IMG/VR virus record: IMGVR_UViG_3300030095_000202
Location: 1 to 59,303 of that record
DNA: 59,303 bases
DNA from: a virus
Taxonomy: Duplodnaviria; Caudoviricetes
Direction: 5' to 3' (one strand)
Below, in pieces: positions 27,976 to 38,407 of this stretch. The notes under the pieces are model-generated. The model was not told where the DNA came from, ran no database searches, and was given only the letters and a program-made list of their open reading frames with translations. Position 1 is the first letter of the stretch. Each line of letters starts with the position of its first letter. The translations under genes were made by a program, and so were the position numbers.

Positions 27976-30760
27976 CAGGAACTCCATCAATAGAAAAATC
28001 TACGCAAAGGACTTTAGCGGGGGGTAAATTCATGTGTGTACCCTTACTTAAGCGCATCTGCACTTTCTTGGCTTTCATCTTATCTGTTAAATCTCTAACA
28101 AGCTGCTCGTAGTTTATCTGTTGGTCTATGCACCAAGTCTTTAATGGCTTCGGTAATAGATAGACTTTCTTAACATCAGTCTCGTACCTAGCGACAAACT
28201 TGCCTCGGGGTGTAACTTCGGGCAGTGCCAACATATCTAGTGGATTGCTATCTATACTACCACGAGCGTCATCCGTACTTTTGATCCAGAGTATGTTACT
28301 CCAATGTTCGGATATATAGTTGTTCAACGTCTCAGTTACAGAAGAACCCATATCGGCAACGTAGGCTCTACGCTCCCGCAACCTACTCACCGCAAACGTA
28401 AATACAGGCTTTACCTCAAAAGGTAGTACCCCTGCTTTCCTACCTATCATAAGCGCAGATATAATAGCCGTAACAGCGGCAGACCAAAATCGGTTCTCAG
28501 GACCAAGTTCAGCCTTTTCATCTACACGCGATTGCACATGCTTTATAGTACGTTCACACTCCACACGATTGTTTATGACCCACTGCACAAACCGTACTCC
28601 TGCATGACCGTAGTTGCCTTTTAAAGCGGGCCACAGTTTATCAGTCTCCGCTTTACTAGCAGAACCAAAGAACTTCGCTTCAGTCCTAAACTCTAGTATG
28701 CGTTGAGCCTCCGCTTTGGGAAAACCTTTAACCCTACTAATCATTTCTATAAAGCTAGTGTTACCTGTACTGATAGCCAGTAGGCTCCACGGTTTGCCCC
28801 TGTGTCGCTCGGTGTTACCGCCTTGAGACATGCGATTACGCTGCTTACCACCTGTTAATTGGTACGCTAGATCAGACAGCTTACCCCCTTTGGTATTAGT
28901 AAGTTCGTCCATCATAAGTGGTAGGTTGTGATATATTTCCCCACGGTGCATCTTAGAATTATATGTGTCTTGCTCTTCAAGCAAAAGTTCTTCGGGGTTG
29001 CCCCATGCCGATAACCCTGCCATCAACATAGTAGTTTTACCAACACCTGTGTCTCCGTACATATGTAACCCAGCAGAGCCGATCCCTGTTAGTGGCATAA
29101 GTATCGAAGCGTAGGACGCAGCGATTGTGAATTGGTGTAACTCAAACCCATCCCGATTGTAGAAGTCTATTGCATCAAGGTAGCCTTGCTCAGTACCCTT
29201 GGGGGTAAAGTAATCTATCATACTTGCAGTCTGTGTAGATGGTGGGTTGTAGTCTTCATCATTACCGTAGATAACACGATCCCCTAAGATGAACGCGGTC
29301 ATGCTATCATCAACCCACCCAAACTGTTTATGGGCTTCATCCTCTGCTTGAGTAAATTGTAGTTCCTCAATCCATGCCATTATATACACCTGTATCTTGT
29401 CTAGTTTTGCGCCAAACGCAGCCACACCCTGCGTAGACATAGCTTTCCTAAATTCATCCCGCGATGTGATGCTAGACATTGGCATCGTCCATTCACGCAC
29501 ACCGTCTCGGGGCATGTGCAGCCTAAACACAAGTGCTTGGCCTATCTCTGTGTCCCATATACGGCGCATGATATAGATATCGTTGTGGTAGATGCACTCT
29601 TCTTCTATCTCACCGTCACTGTTACTGGTGCGTTTATACACGCCGCCTTTAGCACCACGAAAGTAAGGCTTCGGGTATGTCGGTATATTGTAGATTTTAG
29701 GCGCACTGGCGGGACGCTTTGCGCTAGGTGCAACAACTTCGTTGTCAGCCTCGTCCGCTTCTTTAAATTGTTTGCCTAAAACTATGGGGGATTTTATCTT
29801 ACCCCATAAAGCACACTCCATACACACATCAGGTCTAAGACCGTTAAATGTACGACAAGTGTACGGCCCCTTAACCAAAGACATTTTCTGATGGGTTTCA
29901 CCAGAGTTATAGTCAGGGTGGCCCCTAGACATTACCTGTGCAGCCCTGTCTCCGTCTTCGCAGAATTTAGCAATAGACAGTCCCGCTCTCCATAACGGTT
30001 CGGTCACATTGGCCTGATCTGTCAGTATATGCGCGAGTTGAGCGCACCCCTTACCTATTTGTATCTTCTTTACAATACGACCAAAGCTATTCTCAGCATT
30101 GACCGCTATAAATCCCGACACAACATTACCGCCAACAGAGGCTGTGTTTACAGGGGTAACGCCTCCCAGTAAACTTACGAAGTCAGCCAGCTCGATACTT
30201 GGTTCCGCACTTATCAAAGCCACTGGGGATGGCGGTGTGTCCTTAAAGTTACGTGTGTCAGGCATGCGTAGAATACGCGCTGCGTCAGCCGTAACTGCAG
30301 GATCGGCCTTGAGACCATTCTCCTCACAAAACTCTTTAAACCGTTCTGCCACAGGAACCCAATCATCCACAGGTACTGGTGCAGACAAAACCCAGTAAGC
30401 GTGGATTCCGCGCCCCGAGTTGACCTTAGTAGGTTCGGGCATGCTAGTCTTAGTGCAAAACGCCTGTAGCGCCGATAGCGCATCCTGTTGAGACGGGTAT
30501 TCTTTGCTAGGGCCACAATCCAAGTCTACGAAAAAGGATTGTAGATGTAGTGCGTTATCGGCCCTACGATTAGTGTTGTTTACGAATGTGCTTAACGCAA
30601 AATAAACATCGTGGTCTTTAGCATCAAAGGTATCTACCGCTGCATGCAGTTCATCAATAGTGTCATAGAAGTTCTGCGTTCTACGTTCACCGTTGGTTGC
30701 AAATAAACAGTAATGCCCTTCACTACTTAAAACACTTTTTAGAAATTCTAGTCGTTCCAC
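27950..30760 (-). CDS. Primase-helicase (AEP/RepB-like primase plus DUF927-like P-loop domain)
   Basis: FFVDLD, NSGRGIHAYW, RILRMP, a Cys cluster, Walker A GDTGVGKT and Walker B MMDE. Confidence 0.85.
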   Translation of the reverse strand: MERLEFLKSVLSSEGHYCLFATNGERRTQNFYDTIDELHAAVDTFDAKDHDVYFALSTFVNNTNRRADNALHLQSFFVDLDCGPSKEYPSQQDALSALQAFCTKTSMPEPTKVNSGRGIHAYWVLSAPVPVDDWVPVAERFKEFCEENGLKADPAVTADAARILRMPDTRNFKDTPPSPVALISAEPSIELADFVSLLGGVTPVNTASVGGNVVSGFIAVNAENSFGRIVKKIQIGKGCAQLAHILTDQANVTEPLWRAGLSIAKFCEDGDRAAQVMSRGHPDYNSGETHQKMSLVKGPYTCRTFNGLRPDVCMECALWGKIKSPIVLGKQFKEADEADNEVVAPSAKRPASAPKIYNIPTYPKPYFRGAKGGVYKRTSNSDGEIEEECIYHNDIYIMRRIWDTEIGQALVFRLHMPRDGVREWTMPMSSITSRDEFRKAMSTQGVAAFGAKLDKIQVYIMAWIEELQFTQAEDEAHKQFGWVDDSMTAFILGDRVIYGNDEDYNPPSTQTASMIDYFTPKGTEQGYLDAIDFYNRDGFELHQFTIAASYASILMPLTGIGSAGLHMYGDTGVGKTTMLMAGLSAWGNPEELLLEEQDTYNSKMHRGEIYHNLPLMMDELTNTKGGKLSDLAYQLTGGKQRNRMSQGGNTERHRGKPWSLLAISTGNTSFIEMISRVKGFPKAEAQRILEFRTEAKFFGSASKAETDKLWPALKGNYGHAGVRFVQWVINNRVECERTIKHVQSRVDEKAELGPENRFWSAAVTAIISALMIGRKAGVLPFEVKPVFTFAVSRLRERRAYVADMGSSVTETLNNYISEHWSNILWIKSTDDARGSIDSNPLDMLALPEVTPRGKFVARYETDVKKVYLLPKPLKTWCIDQQINYEQLVRDLTDKMKAKKVQMRLSKGTHMNLPPAKVLCVDFSIDGVPDGSEGDED

Positions 30761-30780
30761 TGCTAGTCCTCCAAGTATTA

Positions 30781-30812
30781 ACGGTGCGGCACCCTATACG
30801 ATACCGCACCGT
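30781..30812. other. Intergenic hairpin between SSB and primase
   Basis: ACGGTGCGG...CCGCACCGT 9-bp inverted repeat with no U tract. Confidence 0.55.
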
Positions 30813-30820
30813 GTAGGGTA

Positions 30821-31546
30821 TTAGTCTAACTCACCCCACTCACTTACAAGACTGTCCAGCTTGGCTTCTTCGACAACAGGGGGCTTCTTATTGGCCCGTA
30901 CCTTGGGTGTCTCGTCTTGAAAACCATCATCAACAACTGCAGGGGCAGCGGGTGTTTCATCAACCTCAAACCCCGAAATTATGGTAGGGGCTTCTTCAAC
31001 ACTGAACCCTTCTTCTGAACCAAACGGGGAGTAGTCTTCACGCTCTGCCAATTCTAGTACCTGCACAGCACGTAAACGCAAAGACACACCGTGATCCCGC
31101 ATACTATACGGGACGCAGGAAACCTGCACGTTAACCGTACTGCCCGTAGTCAACTCAAAGTCCTTGGGTAACGGTTTGTTTTTGGAGTCAACCTGCATAG
31201 GCGGCTTGGTCACATCAGCACCGTAAGTCCCTTTAAGTACGGCTTTGGCGATGTAGTTGCCGTCCTCGTCCTTCTTAAAGACTTCGGATGCCTTACCCAA
31301 CTTTTGAGGCCAACTCTTTTCAGATGCTGCCCGTGCATTGTAGGCCGTAGCCATAACAGTATACAGGTCTTTTGCCTGTGCAGCATCCATCACAAACTGC
31401 AACTCGTACTTTGCGCCATCTGCAGTAGGGTCACAGGGTACAGACTTACCACGCTCACCTGCAGATTGGTCAAACCGATATGTCCCATTTAAACGGGGGT
31501 ATCTCGCAACAACTTTGCGGATAATGTGGCTTTCAACTTTTGCCAT
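30821..31546 (-). CDS. Single-stranded DNA-binding protein, T7 gp2.5-like
   Basis: GSTVNV..GVSLRLRAVQVLEL motif and an acidic tail. Confidence 0.75.
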   Translation of the reverse strand: MAKVESHIIRKVVARYPRLNGTYRFDQSAGERGKSVPCDPTADGAKYELQFVMDAAQAKDLYTVMATAYNARAASEKSWPQKLGKASEVFKKDEDGNYIAKAVLKGTYGADVTKPPMQVDSKNKPLPKDFELTTGSTVNVQVSCVPYSMRDHGVSLRLRAVQVLELAEREDYSPFGSEEGFSVEEAPTIISGFEVDETPAAPAVVDDGFQDETPKVRANKKPPVVEEAKLDSLVSEWGELD

Positions 31547-32234
31547 TTGGTAGTTCTCCTTTAGAGTTTTTATAGTCGAACCCGTCTTCTGTTGAGAACG
31601 GGGAAGTATTTACAGCCGCGAAACGGGCTATAGCTTGCAATGTCGCGGGGTCGTTCTTTAACTCTGCAACACTACGTAGTTCACTAGGCACCAAGGACCG
31701 TAAAGGCTTGAAGCATAGGCGGGGATATACGTAGGAATTATCTGGGTATACGGTAGTCACCACAGATGAAGTCTTTGTTCCCCTACCACCCAGAAACTTA
31801 GCGTATTCCTGTAGCGGCTTATTATTATTCTTACCCTTACCGAAGATAGCCGTGGCGGGTAACTGTAGTTGATACACCGTATCGAACTCTCTATCAAGCA
31901 CTACTGCTACCCTCTGCACAAATCTACAAGCCCTGCTATACCCCGAACCCGAACCTTTTATGTTCTGAGTGCAGTCCATACACCTAGTGGCTTGCTTGTC
32001 TTCGCTAGGAACTAACTCGTCAGGTGCCTGTGTTGTAGAAGACCAACACGTAGGTAGCGTGGTATGTGCAGGGTCATAGTCGTTCTTGTAGTACAAACGA
32101 GATATGTTGGCAGCATTGACTACCACTACATCTATTTCACTTGCCACCACTTCCCGTTCTCCGTCCCCTACACGCACAAACATACCGTCCTGATAACTAA
32201 GCCGCCTAAACTCAACCATCGTTAGGAGTGTCAT
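31533..32234 (-). CDS. Conserved replication-module protein with Cys cluster
   Basis: CWS...CMDCTQNIKGS..RACRF motif. Confidence 0.7.
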   Translation of the reverse strand: MTLLTMVEFRRLSYQDGMFVRVGDGEREVVASEIDVVVVNAANISRLYYKNDYDPAHTTLPTCWSSTTQAPDELVPSEDKQATRCMDCTQNIKGSGSGYSRACRFVQRVAVVLDREFDTVYQLQLPATAIFGKGKNNNKPLQEYAKFLGGRGTKTSSVVTTVYPDNSYVYPRLCFKPLRSLVPSELRSVAELKNDPATLQAIARFAAVNTSPFSTEDGFDYKNSKGELPNGKS

Positions 32235-32409
32235 CCTCTCCCAAAGCGGACAGAGCCTTATCTACTTCGTCCAACTTAAACCGTTGGGTGTTTTCGATTT
32301 TGACATATGTATGCTCAGGTATATAACCTTCCCGAACCCAATGCCGCACGGTGGATATAGATACAGAAAAGTGTTCTGCCACATCCGATATGTTCACATA
32401 CTTCTTCAT
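32212..32409 (-). CDS. Excisionase/MerR-like HTH DNA-binding protein
   Basis: ISDVAEHFSVSISTVRHWVREGYIP...RF. Confidence 0.8.
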   Translation of the reverse strand: MKKYVNISDVAEHFSVSISTVRHWVREGYIPEHTYVKIENTQRFKLDEVDKALSALGEDDTPNDG

Positions 32410-32795
32410 TTCTTCCTCACAGTTAGGATGTACTCGGCATCCACATTAAGACCCATAGGTACAAGGTCAGGGTTCTCTTCCAAGAACTGCTTCATGTGAG
32501 TTTGGTTAAGACGCTTTTCAAACAACTCGGGAACCTCATGCTCTAACACGAACTTGTGCATGCTCTCCCAATCGCTCGTCCAGTAACGCTGTTTAACGCT
32601 ACGATAAAACAAACCCGCTGCAGTTCTAACGCTGTCAACATTACTTTCGGCACAGTAATCCAACAACGCTTGCTTAACAGTGTTCTGTTGCTCAACGAGA
32701 GCACTGTCTTCTTCTTTAAACTTAGCGGATATCTCGGCGCGCTTATCGCGTATCCTTGTATATACTCGCGTCAGTTTTTCCACGTCCACTGTCAT
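32406..32795 (-). CDS. Conserved hypothetical phage protein
   Basis: GGAGG RBS, coiled coil, SVRTAAG..DWE motif. Confidence 0.75.
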   Translation of the reverse strand: MTVDVEKLTRVYTRIRDKRAEISAKFKEEDSALVEQQNTVKQALLDYCAESNVDSVRTAAGLFYRSVKQRYWTSDWESMHKFVLEHEVPELFEKRLNQTHMKQFLEENPDLVPMGLNVDAEYILTVRKK

Positions 32796-32834
32796 AAGTC
32801 CTCCGTTTATATCTATACTTATTATCTAATAGTA

Positions 32835-34379
32835 TTAACTAGGATCGTCAAGTATTTCATGATATAAATTTACCATTTCTGCATGGGCGTCTATGCGACC
32901 TGCAAGCATACGGTACATACGCTTTTCAACGTAAGAGCCTTGTAGCGATATAACAGTACACTTGTGTTTCTGCCCTGCTCTATGAACCCTAGCGTTGGCT
33001 TGCGCGTAGGTTTCCAATGATGAAGTCGGCCCCCACCACACTACAGTATTAGCGGCGGTAAGTGTTACACCGTGCGCGGCTGCTTGTGGTTGGATAACTA
33101 ACACCTGTGGATCAGTGTCCTCTTGAAACCGCTTAAATATCTCGGTGCGCTTATGTGCAGGTACATCACCCCTGATTACCTCAGACGTTATCTTGTCGGC
33201 TCGTAACTTATCGGTAAGTATATCTATCGTGTGCTTGAACGGGACAAATATCAGAACCTTCTGACTGCTCTCGTCTATGACCTCACGTAGCACTTTATAT
33301 CTGTCTGATATATCGAACTCTACGGTTTCTCTTTCATCAGTGTAAACCGCACCTGCAGATATCTGTAATAACTTGCTCATGTTTACGGCAGCGTTGATAG
33401 CGGTTACTTCTTCACCCGCCACTTCCATAATCATACGCTTCTTCAAAAGATTGTAGTAGTGTTTCTGTTGCCCACTTAACGGTACAACCCTGTCCACGTA
33501 CACCATGTCTGGCAAGTCCAGACACTCTTCTTTGGAGTAACGTATCGCAGGTTGCAGCACTGCATGTACGATCTTAGGTGCAGTTGGCTTAGGTTCAAAT
33601 TTAAAGTGGCTCTTGCGGTCCATCACCATATCTTTAAACGAGCCAAAGAATTTAGGTACGCCCTGCGGGTTGACCAACTTAGCCAATCCATATGCGTCTA
33701 AGGGCGATTGTGCGGCGGGTGTACCCGTCATCATCCACAACCATGTGTCATCACGCAGGAGTTTCTTTAACGTCTTCCACCGCTTCGCCTGTGCGTTCTT
33801 ATAGTGGGTAGCCTCGTCAATTATGATAAGGTCAAAACCACCATTTCTAATCTGCTCGGATACAATATCTACACCATCGTAGTTAATTATAACGAACTCT
33901 GCGCCCTGCTCTATTATGGCAGCGCGTTTCTTCTTAACCCCATGCGCCACGTCAACGGTACGGTGCATCGCAAAGGTGAATAGGTCGTTACGCCATGCGC
34001 TATCCATAATAGATAAGGGGCATATAACTAGAGCGCGTTTGACCTTGCCAGCTTTCATAAGATAATCAGCGGCCCATATAGCACTGGCGGTCTTACCTGT
34101 ACCCTGCTCGTTAAAACAAAACCCCTTGCGGTTCATAGTTAGGAACGCTGCGGTTTTCTTTTGGTGATCGAAAGGGATGTGTTGCCCTGTCCAAGCATAG
34201 CGTCCTTCTATCGGGGATGGTGCGGGTATCCGCAAGGTACGCAGTTTGTGCGCTTCATCAATACCCCAATTAACAACCACTGCATCAGTACCCACGGCTT
34301 CGCTCTTAGGTATAATACTCGTGACTTGTTTGGGGTCCGCTAGTGACACTAGCAGAGCCTTGTTCTTTATTACTTGCAT
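32835..34379 (-). CDS. SNF2-family (SF2) helicase
   Basis: EQGTGKT, IIDEAT, MTGTP, HGVTLT and QANARVHRAGQ motifs. Confidence 0.92.
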   Translation of the reverse strand: MQVIKNKALLVSLADPKQVTSIIPKSEAVGTDAVVVNWGIDEAHKLRTLRIPAPSPIEGRYAWTGQHIPFDHQKKTAAFLTMNRKGFCFNEQGTGKTASAIWAADYLMKAGKVKRALVICPLSIMDSAWRNDLFTFAMHRTVDVAHGVKKKRAAIIEQGAEFVIINYDGVDIVSEQIRNGGFDLIIIDEATHYKNAQAKRWKTLKKLLRDDTWLWMMTGTPAAQSPLDAYGLAKLVNPQGVPKFFGSFKDMVMDRKSHFKFEPKPTAPKIVHAVLQPAIRYSKEECLDLPDMVYVDRVVPLSGQQKHYYNLLKKRMIMEVAGEEVTAINAAVNMSKLLQISAGAVYTDERETVEFDISDRYKVLREVIDESSQKVLIFVPFKHTIDILTDKLRADKITSEVIRGDVPAHKRTEIFKRFQEDTDPQVLVIQPQAAAHGVTLTAANTVVWWGPTSSLETYAQANARVHRAGQKHKCTVISLQGSYVEKRMYRMLAGRIDAHAEMVNLYHEILDDPS

Positions 34380-34401
34380 ACTGTTCTCCGTGTAGCTGAT
34401 G

Positions 34402-34704
34402 CTATCTTTTGTTTTTAGTTCTTCTGTTGCGGCCCTTACTTAACGAACCACCGTGCGACCTGTTACGCTTGCGGCTTTGCACCGAAACGCCATCCTTATT
34501 CTTACCGCCCTTACTCAACGCCTTCTTATGAGAAACATCCTTGCCCTCACGTTTGTCGGCTTTGCCGTTTTTGTTGGCATCCTTGCCTGTCTTATCCATC
34601 TTGCGCCGTGCGCGTTGACGCTCCATACGTGCTTCATGTTCACCACGCGCTTTTTGCAGTTGGTATTCACGTTTGTACGGGCGGGGGGTGTTCTTATAAA
34701 CCAT
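34402..34704 (-). CDS. HNH-like endonuclease, basic
   Basis: GKDVSHKKALSKGG.N...RNRS pattern. Confidence 0.6.
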   Translation of the reverse strand: MVYKNTPRPYKREYQLQKARGEHEARMERQRARRKMDKTGKDANKNGKADKREGKDVSHKKALSKGGKNKDGVSVQSRKRNRSHGGSLSKGRNRRTKNKR

Positions 34705-34705
34705 G

Positions 34706-35380
34706 TCAGTTCTTTCCGTTATGGGCGCACTCTAACACAGGACAGTGTTGCCTACACAAACCGCTAGGTCGTGGGTTCCACACATCAGTATCGGCGGCTG
34801 CTTGCATACTAGCATAAGCATCTCGCCATTTCATCCATAAATCAGGAACTTGCTCTACCGTATACTCAGCCTTAATTAACGCTTTGGGTACTACAAACAT
34901 CAGTGCTGCTTTTATAGTACGAACTTGTGGGTAGTGCTGAAATATAGACACCGCCATCAACTCAAGTTGTCCTTTGTCTGCGTACTTCGCGTTCTTACCC
35001 GTCTTGTAGTCTACGATAAACGCGGTTTCCTTTTCCTCATTCACGATAGCCAAGTCTACGATACCACGAAACCAAACATCTTTCGCTCCGAACTTGCACG
35101 GCTGCATATCCTCGGTTAGGCCAAGCCGCTGCTCCGCAATTTTCGTACCTTCGATAGCGTTAAGCGAATCCAGAGCGCCCTGCATGTAGCTGTACTTCTC
35201 AGGTAGCGGTTCACCTTTACCTATGTAGTTCTCGCATGCGGTATGGAAGTGTGTGCCGTACAACATAGCCTGACTTACTTTGACAGGATACCGCTTTAGT
35301 ATCTTCTCATAGTAAAACTGCTTCGGGCATTGTTGGAAACTTTTGATCTTACTAAACGACCAAGGCGCAACATTTGTCAT
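34706..35380 (-). CDS. PD-(D/E)XK (Cas4/RecB-like) exonuclease
   Basis: SFS..F.QCP, GTHFH, RGIVD, VDYKTG, QLELMA and terminal Cys residues. Confidence 0.88.
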   Translation of the reverse strand: MTNVAPWSFSKIKSFQQCPKQFYYEKILKRYPVKVSQAMLYGTHFHTACENYIGKGEPLPEKYSYMQGALDSLNAIEGTKIAEQRLGLTEDMQPCKFGAKDVWFRGIVDLAIVNEEKETAFIVDYKTGKNAKYADKGQLELMAVSIFQHYPQVRTIKAALMFVVPKALIKAEYTVEQVPDLWMKWRDAYASMQAAADTDVWNPRPSGLCRQHCPVLECAHNGKN

Positions 35381-37224
35381 TCGGTATCCCCATACGATTT
35401 GCCAACACCGCTTTCACACTCAAGCGGTAGTCCTGCTGCCCAACTGGGTACATGACGCATGCACTGCTCTACGTGTGCCCTTGCTTGTACCACATCCTCA
35501 TCGGGGCAACATATAGCTATGCTGTCATGCACAGTCATAACAGACTTATACTTCTGATTTATTAGTAGCATTTGTTCGCCAATGATACAACGTGCCAATG
35601 CCTGACATACGTTTTCAACCACCTTACCACCGTATATATTCTTACGTCCACGGCGCGTTTTGTATGAGTATTCGGGCCAAACATCTTCGGGTTCTACTCC
35701 CTTGGGCGCAGGGTCTAACTGCAAGTCTTCGTAAAACATGCGTAACCCCGATGGCAGGATTACTGCGCTCTGTGGTATATCTATACGCAGCACATTTTCA
35801 CGGCCCACGCGAACCGCATGACCGTCTACAAGCTGCTTCAACATATACTGGGCTTCATCCCACAGCGTAGGTATCTTCCAATATGTATCACGGTATATGT
35901 TTATGACACGCCTAGCTTCTGCTAGATCAACCTCGACGCCCATACCTGCAAGCTGAGTTTTAAACTTCTTAGCCCCCATGCCGTAACCTGCGCCAAGGAT
36001 CGTAGTCTTACCCACAAACCGCTGTGCGCCAGTAACGTCTGCCTCGGCTACTTTGTATATAGCTGCTGCCATCTTTACATAAACATCTTCGCCATCAGAA
36101 AACGCCTGAGTTAGTTCGTCTGCCTCGGCTAACCAAGCTAACACCCGCGCCTCAATCTGAGACGCATCGCACTCAACTATAGTGTGGCCCTGTGGGGGTA
36201 TAATGCTTTTCTTTAGCTTCTTGCCGTTAGCCCCACGGCTCGGCAGGTTTTGCAGGTTGATCTTATCATCACCGCCCCACCGCCCAGTGTGTGCCGCATA
36301 ATATCTAATGGGGACCGGAAGAGTACCACGTTTAGATATGTCTATAAACCGCTGTGTGCGTGTCTCTTCTAAGGTACTTTTAGTGCCCAGCCTAGCTGCT
36401 ATCAGTGTTTGCACACGCTCGTCTTCATGTTCTTGTAATTCTTGAAACTCTTTGTCAGACTTGGCAAACGCAAATGTTTCTTTCTCTGTCGTGGGGCTGA
36501 TCTTAACAGGTGGCGTGACACCTAACCCAGATAGCAACTCCGCGAACTTGGCATTACTCATTAAATCTTTTCTGTCAGTTATGTTGGCATCAACCATCAA
36601 CTTGTCTTTGCGATCCCGCACATCCTCTAGGTGCATCTCAAGCATGCCCATATCCAACTCTAAGCTAGGCTCTGTAAACATGCGTAGCGTTGCGTCTATG
36701 ATATCTAACTCTTGTTCAGGGAACTTGGCTTTCATCTGCTGAAAAATAGCGTAAGTCAGGTCCACGTCCTTCTTACAGTACCCTGCGTAGGCGGTCAGTT
36801 CTTCTTCGGTAAAATCGGCTAGGCGTTTGTCCTTCGCCATGATAACTTCGGTGCCTTTTTCCCCGACACCGTAACGCTCCGCTACATTTTTTAGAGACAC
36901 GCTTTGCTCTGTACCGTGCAACGCTCTCGCCATACACAATGTGTCGAGTAAGAATTTAGGTTTGATATTATAACGCCAGCTCAGGATGGCTCCGTCAAAC
37001 ATCATGTTGTGAGCCAGTACATGCGTGTTATCCCAATCAACAGATGCCAGTAGTTCGGTTACATCATCGGCACCCTGCGCCCACTCGGTCGGATTGGGGC
37101 CGCGTTTTAGCCCCAACCCAATCACTTCAAACCTACGGTCACGTATGTATTGCTCTGTCGTTATCTTCGCCAGAGAAAAGTTCTGCGCGTAGTAGGTTTC
37201 AAAGTCTAACGTAACAAGGTTCAC
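35377..37224 (-). CDS. DNA polymerase family A with 3'-5' exonuclease
   Basis: ExoI DFETY, HTGRW, motif A DASQIEAR, motif B KTTILGAGYG, motif C VHDS. Confidence 0.95.
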   Translation of the reverse strand: MNLVTLDFETYYAQNFSLAKITTEQYIRDRRFEVIGLGLKRGPNPTEWAQGADDVTELLASVDWDNTHVLAHNMMFDGAILSWRYNIKPKFLLDTLCMARALHGTEQSVSLKNVAERYGVGEKGTEVIMAKDKRLADFTEEELTAYAGYCKKDVDLTYAIFQQMKAKFPEQELDIIDATLRMFTEPSLELDMGMLEMHLEDVRDRKDKLMVDANITDRKDLMSNAKFAELLSGLGVTPPVKISPTTEKETFAFAKSDKEFQELQEHEDERVQTLIAARLGTKSTLEETRTQRFIDISKRGTLPVPIRYYAAHTGRWGGDDKINLQNLPSRGANGKKLKKSIIPPQGHTIVECDASQIEARVLAWLAEADELTQAFSDGEDVYVKMAAAIYKVAEADVTGAQRFVGKTTILGAGYGMGAKKFKTQLAGMGVEVDLAEARRVINIYRDTYWKIPTLWDEAQYMLKQLVDGHAVRVGRENVLRIDIPQSAVILPSGLRMFYEDLQLDPAPKGVEPEDVWPEYSYKTRRGRKNIYGGKVVENVCQALARCIIGEQMLLINQKYKSVMTVHDSIAICCPDEDVVQARAHVEQCMRHVPSWAAGLPLECESGVGKSYGDTE

Positions 37225-37760
37225 TTCTTTGTTACTTTCTTTAGTGCTAACTCACCCGCACACGCCATGTACCCACAGGCGTCTATGTAGTTGTCAGGGT
37301 TATGTTTGTTGGACTTGAGCCGTGCGATCTTCAACAGGGCCATCATCATCGCAACATCGGTGGGCGAGAAAGACCACTCATAACTAAAATACTGCTCCCA
37401 CAGCATAGCTATAGCCTCAAAGTTATCCTCCATATCGCCATGCGTAGCTTCACGATCTTTGGTGACGTACTGCTTGGCGGTATCAAGAACACTGCTACGT
37501 GTGTATGTACCTTCTTCGGGTGGCTTACCGCCCTTAGTCAGATTGTAGGCAAAGTCACCAATCTTTGTAGGATCAACTTCGTCCGTTACATGCACGGGCA
37601 AGCTAATCTTACCCTTCCAGAAATCATACTTACGCAACTTGCTTACGTATGCCACGCTACACCCAACTTTTTTGGCTATAGACTTATCTGTGTCAGTGCC
37701 AAGGGATTTTTCTAACAACCTAAACACCTTATCACGTTTCTTCTCTTTATTGGCAGTCAT
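37221..37760 (-). CDS. HTH plus DUF6378-like protein
   Basis: Start moved to ATG 37760 (GGAGAG RBS). DREATHG..NF..IA..W, LKIAR and DNYIDACGY motifs. Confidence 0.75.
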   Translation of the reverse strand: MTANKEKKRDKVFRLLEKSLGTDTDKSIAKKVGCSVAYVSKLRKYDFWKGKISLPVHVTDEVDPTKIGDFAYNLTKGGKPPEEGTYTRSSVLDTAKQYVTKDREATHGDMEDNFEAIAMLWEQYFSYEWSFSPTDVAMMMALLKIARLKSNKHNPDNYIDACGYMACAGELALKKVTKK

Positions 37761-37770
37761 AGTTCTCTCC

Positions 37771-38295
37771 TTATTCAAATTCTGGTACAAACCAGTCATC
37801 ATCCAACGCCCACAGACAGTAGGACGCTTTCTTTTGAGTGCCGAGGCGTGATACCTTGGCTTCCCAAATCTCTCCATCACGATGCAGTTTACCCAACGCT
37901 AGTTGCACTTCATCGTTATCTGCGTCTAGCTTAGACGCTATCTCAGTAGCCCTATGTGCGAATTGGTTATCTGTCTCAGACAGCAAACTAAGTATGCGAT
38001 CTTCCATCTTAGCTACCACTACGCGTGGGGTTTCCTCCTCGCGTGATTCACCTGCATCGACAGAGTGTGTTACGCTCTCAGCGATAACACCCACAACCTG
38101 ATACTTGGTTGAGTTAACCATTTTTGAACTGTTAGGTATTACCCGCATCTGGGCAAGTGTGCCTTCGGCAAGGTCGTATTTGTTGACAATATTAGGCGGT
38201 ATAAACACCCGTTCCCCTTGGTCTATGTCAACTCCAAATCCGCATCGCTTACCTACTAATACGTGCTGCACGTATATCTTTAGTGTGTTTAACAT
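37771..38295 (-). CDS. Putative nucleic-acid-binding protein (OB-like plus winged helix)
   Basis: GFG...VFIPP and RATEIASKL..VQLALGKLHRDGEI. Confidence 0.55.
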   Translation of the reverse strand: MLNTLKIYVQHVLVGKRCGFGVDIDQGERVFIPPNIVNKYDLAEGTLAQMRVIPNSSKMVNSTKYQVVGVIAESVTHSVDAGESREEETPRVVVAKMEDRILSLLSETDNQFAHRATEIASKLDADNDEVQLALGKLHRDGEIWEAKVSRLGTQKKASYCLWALDDDWFVPEFE

Positions 38296-38407
38296 TGTTC
38301 TCTCGCTTGTTTATGATATTGTTTTTATGAGGGCGGTGATAATTCAAACCCACCTACCTGCGGTCTGCCTTATTGTTAGTTTCACCTACAGCCGCCCTCA
38401 CCATTCT

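Noticed and set aside
32212-32409. Excisionase implying an integration module
   Set aside because: No tyrosine or serine recombinase or att site was recognised. It is treated as a generic HTH.
34339-34353. GCTAGTG-A-CACTAGC as a member of the 17-bp palindrome family
   Set aside because: It has a different spacer length and arm sequence, and lies inside the helicase gene. It may be chance.
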